DNA from: Leucoraja ocellata
Lineage: Eukaryota
Reading direction: 5' to 3'
Length of the DNA: 64,000 nucleotides
Assembly: GCA_036785375.1 (NCBI GenBank)
Contig: JAWMAR010002299.1
Span: 62,001 to 126,000, forward strand
Shown: in pieces, positions 50,301 through 63,884 of the stretch
Numbering within the stretch: position 1 is the stretch's first letter
Layout of the letters: each line of letters starts with the position of its first letter
The notes under the pieces: model-generated
Told to the model about the DNA's origin: nothing
Databases searched by the model: none
The model's input: only the letters and a program-made list of their open reading frames with translations
Position numbers and translations under genes: made by a program

Positions 50301-53300
50301 CTGGCAATGGAGGAGACCCAGGACGGAGAGGTCGGATTGGGAATGGGAGGGGGAGTTGAAGTGCTGAGCCACCGGGAGTTCAGGTTGGTTATTGCGGACT
50401 GAGCGGAGGTGTTCTGCGAAACGATCGCCCAACCTCTGCTTAGTCTCCCCGATGTAGATCAGCTGACATCTAGAGCAGCGGATGCAGTAGATGAGGTTGG
50501 AGGAGATACAGGTGAACCTTTGTCGCACCTGGAACGACTGCTTGGGTCCTTGAATGGAGTCGAGGGGGGAGGTGAAGGGACAGGTGTTGCATTTCTTGCG
50601 GTTGCAACGGAAAGTGCCCGGGGAGGGGGTGGTACGGGAGGGAAGGGAAGAATTAACAAGGGAATTGCGCGTTAAGACTCGAGGTGGTGGCCTGTGTGTT
50701 TACATCAACACTGACTGGTGCAACAACTCTGTCTTAGTCTCCAAGTTCTGTTCATTGCTGGTGGAGAATGCGATTGTGAGATGTAGACCTTTTTATTTGC
50801 CACGGGAGTTTACCACAGTGCTCATTGTTGCTGTTCACATCCCCCCCAGTGCTAATGCTAAGGAAACACTAGCTGTACTGTACTGTATGGAGCTTTATGC
50901 AATCTACAAAACACACACCCAGAAGGACTGTTTATTGCCGTAGGAGATTGTAACCGTGCAAATCTCAAAACTGTGCTTCCTAAATGTTACCAACATGTGG
51001 ACTTTGCAACGAGGGGGGAGAATGTGCTAGATCTTGTTTACACCAATATGCCCAGCGCGTACAGGGTGTAGTCACGCCCCCATCTCGGATACTCAGACCA
51101 CATCTCTGTCATGCTGATCCCAGTAAAGCGAGGAAGACCACAACCCCCCCCCCCCCCGCGACCAGGTGGCTATAGAAGCATAGAAGCATAGAGACATAGA
51201 AACATAGACACATAGACACATAGACACATAGAGACATAGAGACATAGACACATAGAGACATAGACACATAGACACATAGACACATAGACACATAGAGACA
51301 TAGAAACATAGAAACATAGACACATAGACACATAGAGACATAGAGACATAGACACATAGAGACATAGACACATAGAGACATAGACACATAGACACATAGA
51401 CACATAGACACATAGAGACATAGAAACATAGACACATAGACACATAGAGACATAGATACATAGACACATAGACACATAGACACATAGACATATAGAGACA
51501 TAGAAACATAGACACATAGAGACATAGAGACATAGAGACATATACACATAGAGACATAGACACATAGAGACATAGAGACATAGACACATAGACACATAGA
51601 CACATAGAGACATAGAGGCATAGACACATAGACCCATAGACACATAGACACATAGACACATAGACACATAGAGACATAGGGACATAGAGACATAGACACA
51701 CAGACACATAGACACATGGACACATAGAGACATAGAAACATAGAGACATAGACACATAGACACATAGAAAATAGGTGCAGGAGGAGGCCATTCGGCCCTT
51801 CGAGCCAGCACCGCCATTCATTGTGATCATGGCTGATCGTCCCCAATCAATAACCCGTGCCTGCCTTCTGCCCATATCCCTTGACTCCACTACCCCAGAG
51901 CTCTATCTAACTCTCTCTTAAATGCATCCAGTGACTTGGCCTCCACTGCCCTCTGTGGCAGGGAATTCCACAAATTCACAACTCTCTGGGTGAAAACGTT
52001 TTTTCTCACCTCAGTCTTAAATGACCTCCCTTTATTCTAAGACTGTGGCCCCTGGTTCTGGACGCCCAACATTGGGAATATTTTTTCCTGCATCTAGTTT
52101 GTCCAGTCCTTTTATAATTTTATATGTTTCTATAAGAATCCCCCTCATCCTTCTAAACTCCAGTGAATACAAGCCTAGTCTTTTCAATCTTTCCTCAAAT
52201 GACAGTCCCGCCATCCCAGGGATCAATCTCGTGAACCTACGCTGCACTGCCTCAATCACAAGAATGTCCTTCCTCAAATTAGGAGACCAAAACTGTACAC
52301 AATACTCCAGATGTGGCCTCACCAGAGCCCTATACAACTGCAGAAGAACCTCTTTACTACTATACTGAAATCCTCTTGTTATGAAGAGCAACATTCCATT
52401 AGCTTTCTTCACTGCCTGCTGTTCCTGTAAGCCAACTTTCAGTGACCGGTGTACAAGGACACCCAGGTCTCGCTGTACCTCCCCCTTATCTAACCTAACC
52501 CCATTGAGATAATAATCTGCCCCCTTGTTTTTGCCGCCAAAGTGGATAACCTCACATTTATCTATATTATACTGCATCTGCCACGCATCTGCCCACTTAC
52601 TCAACCTGTCCATGTCACCCTGCAACCTCCTAACATCCACTTCACAGTTCACACTGTCACCCAGCTTTGTGTCATCCGCAAACTTGCTAGTGTTGCTCCT
52701 AATTCCCTCTTCCAAATCATGAATATATATATGGTAAACAGTTGCGGCCCCAACACCGAGCCTTGCGGCACTCCACTCACCACTGCCTGCCATTCTGAAA
52801 AGGACCCGTTCACTTCTACTATTTGCTTCTGGTCTGCCAACCAATTTTCTATCCATGTCATCACCCTACCCCAATACCATGTGTTCCAATTTTGGTCACC
52901 AGTCTCCCGTGCGGGACCTTATCAAAGGCTTTCTGAAAGTCTAGATACACTACATCCACTGGCACCCCTTCATCCATTTTACTTGTCACATCCTCAAAAG
53001 ATTCCAGAAGATTAGTCAAGCATGATTTCCCTTTCATAAATCCATGTTGACTTGGACTAATCCTTTTACTGCTATCCAAATGCCCCATTATCACCTCTTT
53101 AATAATTGACTCCAGCATCTTTCCCATCATCGAAGTCAGGCTAACTGGTCTGTAATTCCCCGTTTTCTCTCTCGCTCCTTTCTTGAAAAGTGGGATAACA
53201 TTAGCGCTGCGCTACCTCATAACGCTGCACTCTCTGAATAGCAAGAATGTCCTTCCTCAAATTAGGGGACCAAAATTGTACACAATACTCCAGGTGTGGT

Positions 53301-55958
53301 CTGACTAGGGCCCTGTACAACTGCAGAAGGACCTCTTTGTTCCTATACTCAAATCTTCTTGGTAGAAAGGCCATGCAAACCTCTTCTCTTGAGCTTGGCA
53401 GTCTGAATCTAGTGCCATAACTATTCATAACTGTGTTCATACTGAATCAGATTTTGACGGTGTGAGACGCGTATTGGCTTTTGATGGTATGATACGGGAA
53501 TTTGCTAGGATAAACTGAATTCAGGAAGGTCAGAGGGGGCAGACATACCCCCATCCATATAAACGGGACTGAGGTGGAGCGCGTCTCCAACTACAAATTC
53601 CTCGGGGTACACATCTCGGAGGATCTGTCCTGGTCCCTCAACACCTCCAAGCTGATCAAAAAGGCACAGCAGCGCCTTTACTTCCTGAGGAGCCTCAAGA
53701 AAGCTCACCTGTCCCCCCAGATCCTGACCAACTTTTACCGCTGTACCATCAAAAGCATCCTGACCACCTGCTTCACGGTATGGTACAGCAGTTGCACCGT
53801 AGCGGACAGGAAGGCACTACAACGGGTGGTGAAAACCGCGCAGTACATCATCGGTGACCCGATCCCTGCCATGGATGCCCTCCATCGAAAACGGTGTCTG
53901 AGACGGGCCGGGAAGATCATCAAAGACCCCTCCCACCCCAACCATGGACTGTTTGCCCTCCTCCCATCAGGGAGGCGGTACAGGAGCCTCAGGTCTCGTA
54001 CCAGTACGATGAGGAACAGCTTCTACAATAATACCATCACATTACTGAACTCGGAGTCCCGCCGATAGATTTCTCCAGTCTCTCCGTCCACACCGTTCGA
54101 TTTCGATTATTGTTTGATTATTCTATATTTTTATTTTTATTTCTATATTGCACTATACTATGGACTGACGCTAAACTGCATTTCGTTGTACCCATACTCG
54201 TATTTGTGCAATGACATTAAAGTTACATTGAATTGAATTGAATTGAAATGATACTTAAAGGCTTGACGATAGATATGCAATGGCAAACATTTAAAGATCC
54301 TATGGATGAATTGCACCAATTGTTCACCCGTCAGGTGTAAAAATAAAACAGGGAAGGCGGCTCAACTGTGGCAAATAATGGAAATTAGGGAATATTAAAT
54401 CCAGGCATATAAATTGGCCAGATAAAGCAACAAACTGGGAGAAATTTAAATTTAATATTTAACAGAGGAGGACAAATGGATGAATTAAGTGGGGGTAAAT
54501 AGAGCATGAAAGGAAACTTGCGGGGGAAATATTAGTGAAGACAAATATAGGCCCCTTACAGTCAGAAACAGGTTAATTTATACTGGGAAACAAGAAATTG
54601 GCAGACCAGTTACACAAATACTTTGGTTCTGTCTTCACTAAGGAAGACACAAACAATCTTCCAGAAATACAAGGGGACCGAGGATCTAGTGGGAGGGAGG
54701 AAGTGAAGGGAATCCACATGATTCAGGAAATGTTGTTAGGTAAACTGTTGGGACAGAAGACATGTAAATCCCCAGGGCCTGATGGTCTGCATCCGAAACA
54801 ACACAAGGAGGTGGCCCTCGAAATCGCGCATGTATTGGTAATCATTTTCCAATGTTCTATAGACATTTGGTTAGTTCCAGTGAACTGGAGGGTCCCTAAT
54901 GTAACCCCACCTTTTAAGAAAAAGGGGAAAGAGAAAACAGGGAATTATAGACCAGTTAGCCTGACATTGGTAGTGGGTTGTACAGGGCTCTGGTGAGAAC
55001 ACACCTGAGCATCTGGTGCAATTTTGGTCTCCTAATTTGCGGAAGGACATTCGTGTCAATGAATGAGCACAGCATAGGTTCACAGGGTTAATTCCCGGGA
55101 TGTCTGGACAGACATATGATGAAAGAATGGATCAACTGGGCTTAAATGAAGGGATTAAGATGGGTGAGAGGAGATCTTATAGAAAGATATATAATTCTTA
55201 AGGGTTTGGACAGGCTGGATGCAGGAAAAATGTTCCTGATATTGGGGGTTCAGACCTATGGGTCATGGTTTAAGAATAAAGATTAGGCCATTTAGTACTG
55301 AGATGAGGAAAACCTTTTTTTTAGGAAGAGAGTTGTGAATTTGTGGAATTCTCTGCCTCAGAAGGCAGTGGAGGCCAATTCACTGGATGTTTTCAAGAGA
55401 GAGCTAGATATAGTGCTTGGGGCTAATGGAATCAAAGGATATGGGGAGAAAGCAAGAACGGGGTAATGATTTTGGACGATCACATTGAATGACGGTTTGT
55501 GCTCGATAGGCCAAACGACCTCCGCCTGCACCTATTTTCTATGTTTTTATATTTAACTAATGTGTTCTAAGTAACCTGCGAACCCTGGTATACCTGCTTT
55601 CTGCACTGTGGGATCAATTAACCTGTTCGTTTCTATATAACTTGCTAGCCTCTGTGCCACTATGCTAAAGAAAATCTTGCCATCTACATTTAGGAGACAA
55701 ACAGCCTAAATTCATTTAACTCTAGAGACTTTTTCTTCTAGGGAATGAACATTCCCCCTGCTCTATGCCAAACCCTTGGTATGACCTGCTTCTACCAAAC
55801 TATTGGACAGAGCCTCTGCGAGAATCTAAGCACATCAGGTGCACTTTTATGTACCCGGTAAGGGACTCCATTTGGTCCCGGTGCAGAAGAAGACTTTCCA
55901 CCCCATATTACTGCTTCCACTTCCTTCCACTTTTGTGGCAAAACATCTAACTCTAACA

Positions 55959-56218
55959 GTCTGCACCCCGGGGGCATGAACATCGAATTCTCCCAATTTT
56001 GTTAGTCCTTGCTGTCTTCTACCCTCCCTCAGCCCCCCTGCTGTCTCCTCCCATCCCCCAGCCTTCGGGCTACTCCTCCTTTTCCCTTTCTTGTCCCCAC
56101 CCACCCCCGCCCCCGATCAGTCTGAAGAAGAGTTTCGGCCCGAAACGTTGCCTATTTCCTTCGCTCCATAGATGCTGCTGCACCCGCTGAGTTTCTCCAG
56201 CTTTTTTGTGTAACCATA
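55959..56218 (+). mobile_element. Copy-B-specific Penelope-like 3' fragment with hammerhead-like motif (56118-56152)
   Basis: Absent in copy A near 19915. Flanked by taactc(t/c)aaca. Contains ctgaagaagagtttcggcccgaaacgtt. Confidence 0.82.
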
Positions 56219-58590
56219 TAACTCCAACATCTGTCTCCTAAGGTGGTAACTCTGGAGGGAGACACGGGCCCGATACTGGGGCCCATGACGACTGAGGATT
56301 GGCGGGTAGCAAACATAACCCCACTTTTTAAGAAGGGAGGGAGAGAGAAAACGGGGAATTACAGACCAGTTAGTCTAACATCGGTAGTGGGGAAACTGCT
56401 AGAGTCAGTTATTAAAGATAGGATAGCAGCACATTTGGAAAGTGGTGAAATCATTGGACAAAGTCAGCATGGATTTACGAAAGGTAAATCATGTCTGACG
56501 AATCTTATAGAATTTTTCGAGGATGTAACTAGTAGCGTGGATAGGGGAGAACCAGTGGATGTGGTGTATCTGGACTTCCAGAACGCTTTCGACAAGGTCC
56601 CACATAAGAGATTAGTATACAAACTTAAAGTACACGGCATTGGGGGTTCAGTATTGATGTGGATAGAGAACTGGCTGGCAAACAGGAAGCAAAGAGTAGG
56701 AGTAAACGGGCCCTTTTCACAATGGCAGGCAGTGACTAGTGGGGTACCGCAAGGCTCAGTGCTGGGACCCCAGCTATTTACAATATATATTAATGATCTG
56801 GATGAGAGAATTGAAGGCAATATCTCCAAGTTTGCGGATGACACTAAGCTGGGGGGCAGTGTTAGCTGTGAGGGGGATGCTAGGAGACTGCAAGGTGACT
56901 TGGATAGGCTGGGTGAGTGGGCAAATGTTTGGCAGATGCAGTATAATGTGGATAAATGTGAGGTTATCCATTTTGGTGGCAAAAACAGGAAAGCAGACTA
57001 TTATCTAAATGGTGGCCGACTAGGAAAAGGGGAGATGCAGCGAGACCTGGGTGTCATGGTACACCAGTCATTGAAAATAGGCATGCAGGTGCAGCAGGCA
57101 GTGAAGAAAGCGAATGGTATGTTAGCTTTCATAGCAAAAGGATTTGAGTATAGGAGCAGGGAGGTTCTACTGCAGTTGTACAGGATCTTGGTGAGACCAC
57201 ACCTGGAGTATTGCGTACAGTTTTGGTCTCCAAATCTGAGGAAGGACATTATTGCCAAAGATGGAGTGCAGAGACGGTTCACCAGACTGATTCCTGGGAT
57301 GTCAGGGCTGTCTTATGAAGAAAGACTGGATAGACTTGGTTTATACTCTCTAAAATTTAGGAGATTGAGAGGGGATCTTATAGAAACTTACAAAGTTCTT
57401 AAGGGGTTGGACAGGCTAGATGCAGGAAGATTGCTCCCGATGTTGGGGAAATCCAGGACAAGGGGCCACAGCTTAAGGATAAGGGGGAAATCCTTTAAAA
57501 CCGAGATGAGAAGAACTTTTTTCACACAGATAATGGTGAGTCCCTGGAACTCTCTGCCGCGGAGGGTAGTCGAGGCCAGTTCATTGGCTATATTTAAGAG
57601 GAGTTAGATGTGGCCCTTGTGGCTAAGGGGATCAGAGGGTATGGAGAGAAGTCAGGTACAGGATACTGAGTTGGATGATCAGCTATGATCATATTGAATG
57701 GCGGTGCAGGCTCGAAGGGCCGAATGGCCTACTCCTGCACCTAATTTCTATGTTTCTATGTTTCTATGACAGGCCCACTCAGTATTCAAACAACGTAAGG
57801 TCCGAAAACACAAGGCCCATTCAGTGTTGGTGTTGCATGATGCCACAGAAAGTAGGCCCAATCTCTATTCAATGTACTCTGGGCCAATCACTTTAGTCGC
57901 GGTTACCCTGATAGTGCGCTGAATGGGCCAAATGCAATCAGCCGAGAGTAGTCCAGGATACCCAACTAGTGGGATGAGTGGCTTTGTGGCTCCATGTGGC
58001 CTATTCTTATTTTGGGGGCCGATACTAACTCACTCACCCGCCATCAAAGGCCCAATCAATGTCTAAGTGAAAGCGCACCCAAGATGGGTACCAGGCAAAT
58101 CGATCTGAACTAATTTACAATCCTTTGGAGTCATGCGATCCCAGCTAATTCCAGAAATGGTGGAACACGAGGAAAAACGAGAGCACATTTAGAGCAAGGT
58201 GCTGGTTCCTTCGATAAACAAATATAGCAAACTAGGTTAGGCTTTTGTAGTTCTGCTTTTATTTGTGATTTAACAGAAACATATTACAGAGATGTTTTTA
58301 AAAGCATAACACGAAGTGGTCAAAACAACTGAATTCCACACTGAGACCAGGTACATTGAACATGTAGCTTGAGAGTCAAAGGTTAGCTTTGAATTAAGGA
58401 CAATTGAGCAAAAAAGGAGTAAATAGATATTTGCTCATATGCAGAATGTGTCCATGCGTTGTTGGGTATGTATTTACACATGCATTGACATTACATTTAT
58501 TTACAGGCCTTCGGTTAGGCCGCACTTGCAGTATAGTGTGGAGGTCCAGGTCGTCCCTTCGAGGGAATAATGTGGAGGCTTTGGAGAAGA

Positions 58591-61500
58591 ACTTAAATCG
58601 GGCGCGGGGCTTTATTTCACAGAGGCCCAGGACCGTTGGAGAGTGTGGAGGAGGGTCAGGGCGGTGAGTACTTAAATCGGGCGCGGGGCTTTATTTCACA
58701 GAGGCCCGGGACCGTTGGAGAGCAGTGGAGGAGGGTCAGGGCTTTTACCGAAATCCGTAATGTTCCATACTCCATAGGGAGGGTTCTGGTGGAAGCCGCT
58801 GATTGGTGGAAGCAGACTAGAGGAAGCAGCTGATTGCATGCAACCTCAGGTTAGCATTTGTGCTTTCTGGTTAAAGGTGCAGTGCTTTAGTAAAGGTACA
58901 GTGAGCTAAGGGTACAGTGGGCTAAGGGTACAGTGGGTTAAAGGTACAGTGAGCTAAAGGTACAGTGCTTTAGTAAAGGTACAGTGGGCTAAAGGTACAG
59001 TGGTCTAAAGGTACAGTGGGCTAAGGGTACAGTGGGCTAAGGGTACAGTGGGCTAAAGGTACAGTGCTTTTTGTTTATATAATTAAGGTGCAGTTTAAAG
59101 GTCAAGAGGGAGCAGCTGTTGTGCGTCAGATACCTGCTGATTTCTCCCAGCAGTTTCTATTGGATTATACTTGTATCGGATCCAGGGTAAGGCGGGAGAA
59201 TGACAGTCAGAGCAGTGTACTGTTCTGGATGTCAGATGTGGGAGGTCATGGTGTCGGTTGGCCCTCCAGACATCCACATCTGCACCAGGTGCATCGAGAT
59301 GGGGCACCTAAGGGACTGTTTTAGGATCCTGGAGCAGCAGCTCGATGATGTCTGTCTGATCAGGGAGAGTGAGGAGGTCATAGAGGGGAGTTATAGGGAG
59401 GTGGTCACTCCAAAACCACGGGAGAGAGACATGTGGGTCACGCTAAGGAAGGGCAAGGGGCAGAGGCAGGGACGAGTGAGTACTCCAATGTCGGTCCACC
59501 TCGCAAATAAATACTCCTGTTTGAGTACGGATGGGGGTGACAGCCTACCCGGGGGTAGTGACAGCGGACGGGCCTCCAGCACAGAGACCGGCCCTGTTGC
59601 CCCGAAAGGTAGGGGAAAAAAGAAGAGGGCAATAGTAATTGGGGACTCTATTGTTAGGGAATCGGATAGGCGATTCTGTGGACGCAGTCGGGAGACCAGG
59701 ATGGTGGTCTGCCTCCCTGGTGCCAAGGTCTCGGACGTGTCTCAACGCATCCAAGATATCCTGAAATCAGAGGGAGAGGAGCCTGAGGTAGTGGTACATA
59801 TAGGTACCAATGACATAAGTAAAAAAAGGGAAGAGGTCCTGAAGGGAGGATTTAGTGAGTTGGGAGGAGAGTTAAGGAAAAGGATCAAAAAAGTTACAAT
59901 CTCAGGATTACTGCCTGTGCCACGCGACAGTGAGAGTAGGAATGGAGCGAGGTGGAGGATAAATGCATGGCTGAAAGACTGGTGCAGAGGGCAGGGATTC
60001 AAGTTTCTGCATCATTGGGGCTTCTTTTGGGGAAGGATGGGTTGCACTTGAACCCGAGGGGGGACCAATATCCTGGCGGGGAAATTTGCAAAGGCTACTG
60101 GGGAGACTTTAAACTAGAATGGTTGGGGTGAGGGACTCAAATAGAGAAAGCTAGTAGACAGAATGGGAAGCAGGAAGCAGAAAAGGGAAGCACTCGGACA
60201 CAAGAGAAGAAAGAAAAAAAAGGAAATAAACAGAGAGTAAGAGGCGGGGGGTTTCTTAAATGTGTATATTTTAATGCGAGGAGCATTGTAAGAAAGGTGG
60301 ATGAGCTTAGATTGACACCTGGAAGAATGATGTTGTGGCGATCAGTGAAACATGGTTGCAGGAGGGCTGTGATTGGAAACTAAATGTAAAGGAAACTAGA
60401 CGTTGTCCATAGTCCTTTAGCTAGATCTTTATTTAAACACTAATAACACACGTTCCAGTACTAACCACATCTGGTTTACACACGTACTGGAACCTAACAG
60501 GGAGGGAACATGCAGAGACTACAGTTATACTATAGAATGTGGGAGGGTCAATATGCTAATGAGGTAGTTACATATAGGGTTGCATGCATAACCATCTACA
60601 CTAAATATTCCAGGATTCCGTTGCTTCAGGTGTGATAGAATTGGAGGGGCAAGAGGTGGAGGTGTTGCATTGCTAGTCAGGGAAGATATTACAGCAGTGC
60701 TTTGGCAGGATAGATTAGAGGGCTCGTCTAGGGAGGCTATTTGGGTGGAATTGAGAAGTGGGAAAGGTGTAGCAACTCTTATAGGGGTGTATTATAGACC
60801 GCCAAACGGGGAACGAGAACTGGAAGAGCAAATATGTAAGGAGATTGCAGATATTAGTAGTAAGCACTAGGTGGTGATTGTGGGAGATTTCAACTTTCCA
60901 CACATAGACTGGGAAACACATTCTGTAAATGGGGTGGATGGTTTGGAGTTTGTAAAATGTGTGCAGGATAGTTTTTTTCAGCAATACATAGAGGTACCTA
61001 CTAGAGGAGGGGCAGTGCTGGACCTCCTGTTAGGAAATGAGATGGGACAGGTGGCGGAGGTATGCGTTGGGGAGCACTTCGGGTCCAGTGATCACAATAC
61101 CATTAGTTTCAATATAATTATGGAGAGGGTCAGAACTGGACCTAGGGTTGAGATTTTTGATTGGAGAAAGGCTAACTTTGATGAGATGCGAGATGATTTA
61201 AAAGGAGTGAACTGGGACATTTTGTTTTATGGGAAAGATGTAGAAGAGAAATGGAGGACATTTAAAGGGGTAATCTTAAGAGTACAGAATCTTTATGTTC
61301 CTGTTCGGTTGAAAGGAAACAGTAAAAATTGGAAAGAGCCCTGGTTTTCAAGGGAAATTGGACATCTTGTTCAGAAAAAGAGGGAGATCTACAATAATTA
61401 TAGGCAGCATGAAGTAAATGAGGTGCTTGAGGAGTATAAGGAATGTAAAAAGAATCTTAAGAAAGAAATTAGAAAAGCTAAAAGAAGATATGAGGTTGCT

Positions 61501-63363
61501 TTGGCAAGTAAGGTGAAAGTAAATCCAAAGGGTTTCTACATCTATATTAATAGCAAAAGGATAACGAGGGATAAAATTGGTCCATTGGAGAGACAGAGTG
61601 GACAGCTATCTGCAGAGCCAAATGAGATGGGGGAGATATTGAACAATTTTTTTCTTCGGTATTCACCAAGGAGAAGGATATTGAATTATGTGAGGTAAGG
61701 GAAACTAGTAGAGTAGCTATGGATACTATGAGGTTCAAAGTAAAAGAAGTACTGACACTTTTGAAAAATATAAAAGTGGATAAGTCTCCAGGTCCTGACA
61801 GGATATTCCCTAGGACATTGAGGGAAGTTAGTGTAGAAATAGCCGGGGCTATGACAGATATATTTGAAATGTCATTAGAAACGGGAATAGTCCCCGAGGA
61901 TTGGCGTACTGCGCATGCTGTTCCATTGTTTAAAAAGGGTTCTAAGAGTAAACCTAGCAATTATAGACCTGTTAGTTTGACTTCAGTGGTGGGCAAATTA
62001 ATGGAAAAGATACTTAGAGATAATATATATATGCATCTAGATAAACAGGGTCTGATTAGGAATAGTCAACATGGATTTGTGCCTGGAACGTCATGTTTGA
62101 CTGATCTTGAAATTTTTGAAGAGGTTATTAGGGAAATTGACGAGGGTAAAGCAGTGGATGTTGTCTATATGGACTTTAGTAAGGCCTTTGACAAGGTTCC
62201 TCATGGAAGGTTGGTTAAGAAGGTTCAACTGTTGGGTATAAATGCAGGAATAGCAAGATGGATTCAACAGTGGCTGAATGGGAGAAGCCAGAGGGTAATG
62301 GTTGGTGGCTGTTTATCGGGTTGGAGGCAGGTGACTAGTGGGGTGCCTCAGGTATCTGTGTTGGGTCCTTTGTTGTTTGTCATGTACATCAATGATCTGG
62401 ATGAAGATGTGGTAAATTGGATTAGTAAGAATGCAGATGATACCAAGATAGGGGGTGTTGTGGATAATGAAGAGGATTTCCAAAGTCTACAGAGTGATTT
62501 AGGCCATTTGGAAGAATGGGCTGAAAGATGGCAGATGGAGTTTAATGCTGATAAATGTGAGGTGCTACACCTTGGCAGGACAAATCAAAATAGGACGTAC
62601 ATGGTAAATGGTAGGGAATTGAAGAATACAGTTGAACAGAGGGATCTGGGGATAACCGTGCATAGTTCCTTGAAGGTGGAATCTCATATAGATAGGGTGG
62701 TAAAGAAAGCTTTTGGTATGCTAGCCTTTATAAATCAGAGCATTGAGTATAGAAGCTGGGATGTAATGTTCAAATTGTACAAGGCATTGGTGAGGCCAAT
62801 TCTGGAGTATGGTGTACAATTTTGGTCGCCCAATTATAGGAAGGATGTCAACAAAATAGAGAGAGTACAGAGGAGATTTACTAGAATGTTGCCTGGGTTT
62901 CAACAACTAAGTTACAGAGATAGGTTGAATAAGTTAGGTCTTTATTCTCTGGAGCGCAGAAGGTTAAGGGGGGACTTGATAGAGGTCTTTAAAATGATGA
63001 GAGGGATAGACAGAGTTGATGTGGACAAGCTTTTCCCTTTGAGAATAGGGAAGATTCAAACAAGAGGACATGACTTCAGAATTAAGGGACAGAAGTTTAG
63101 GGGTAACATGAGGGGGAACTTCTTTACTCAGAGAGTGGTAGCGGTGTGGAATGAGCTTCCAGTGGAAGTGGTGGAGGCAGGTTTGTTGGTACCATTTAAA
63201 AATAAATTGGATAGGTATATGGATGAGAAGGGAATGGAGGGTTATGGTATGAGTGCAGGCAGGTGGGACTAAGGGAAAAAACGTTGTTCGGCACGGACTT
63301 GTAGGGCCGAGATGGCCTGTTTCCGTGCTGTAATTGTTATATGGTTATATGTTATATTATATT
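58591..63363 (+). mobile_element. Near full-length CR1 LINE, copy B (ORF2 broken by a solo LTR, a stop and a frameshift)
   Basis: Duplicate of 22484-26970 with the same AAGA flanks. Confidence 0.92.
60385..60600 (-). mobile_element. Solo LTR, 216 bp, copy-B-specific
   Basis: TGTA...TACA termini, 5-bp duplication CTAAA (60380-60384, 60601-60605), and a minus-strand AATAAA near 60430. The empty site in copy A is near 24207. Confidence 0.85.
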
Positions 63364-63875
63364 AAGATGCAGAAGAGGTTTACTAGAATGCTGCAGGGGG
63401 TAGAATTATTAGCTAGAAGAGGTTGGCAAACATGGGTTGTTTTCTTTGACGCATCGGAGGTTGAAGGTAGACCCGGTAGAAGTTTTTAGAATAATGACAG
63501 ACATAGATAGTGTATCTGAATTTAACATGAAGTTTATGATCTCACACAAACAGCGTTCCTGACTTTCTATACAACGGCATTCAACACTGGAACGACACAC
63601 ATATGGCCCATGCTAAAGAAAAAGAGAATGTATAGAAATAAAGATAAAAAGAAAAAAAGAAACGTCTACCGAGATCACATGATATTCAAATTACGATTAA
63701 AATAGCTTGATACATTAACGCTATACTAAAGGCAACTAGGCAATATCAAACAAGTCAGATAGACAGAATGAACTATTGCTTATGATATTGTCGGCTTCAG
63801 ATTTGAACATTTTCCTTGGTTACAACGACGTCCATAGACTGGTCAGATAAATACGTGGTTTTCAACATTCAATCG

Positions 63876-63884
63876 TCACTTGAC
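63876..63884 (-). CDS. IGHM: IgM TM2 exon, copy B (rest of gene lies beyond the window)
   Basis: Same acceptor and GTC AAG TGA as 27483-27491. Confidence 0.85.
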   Translation of the reverse strand, partial: VK

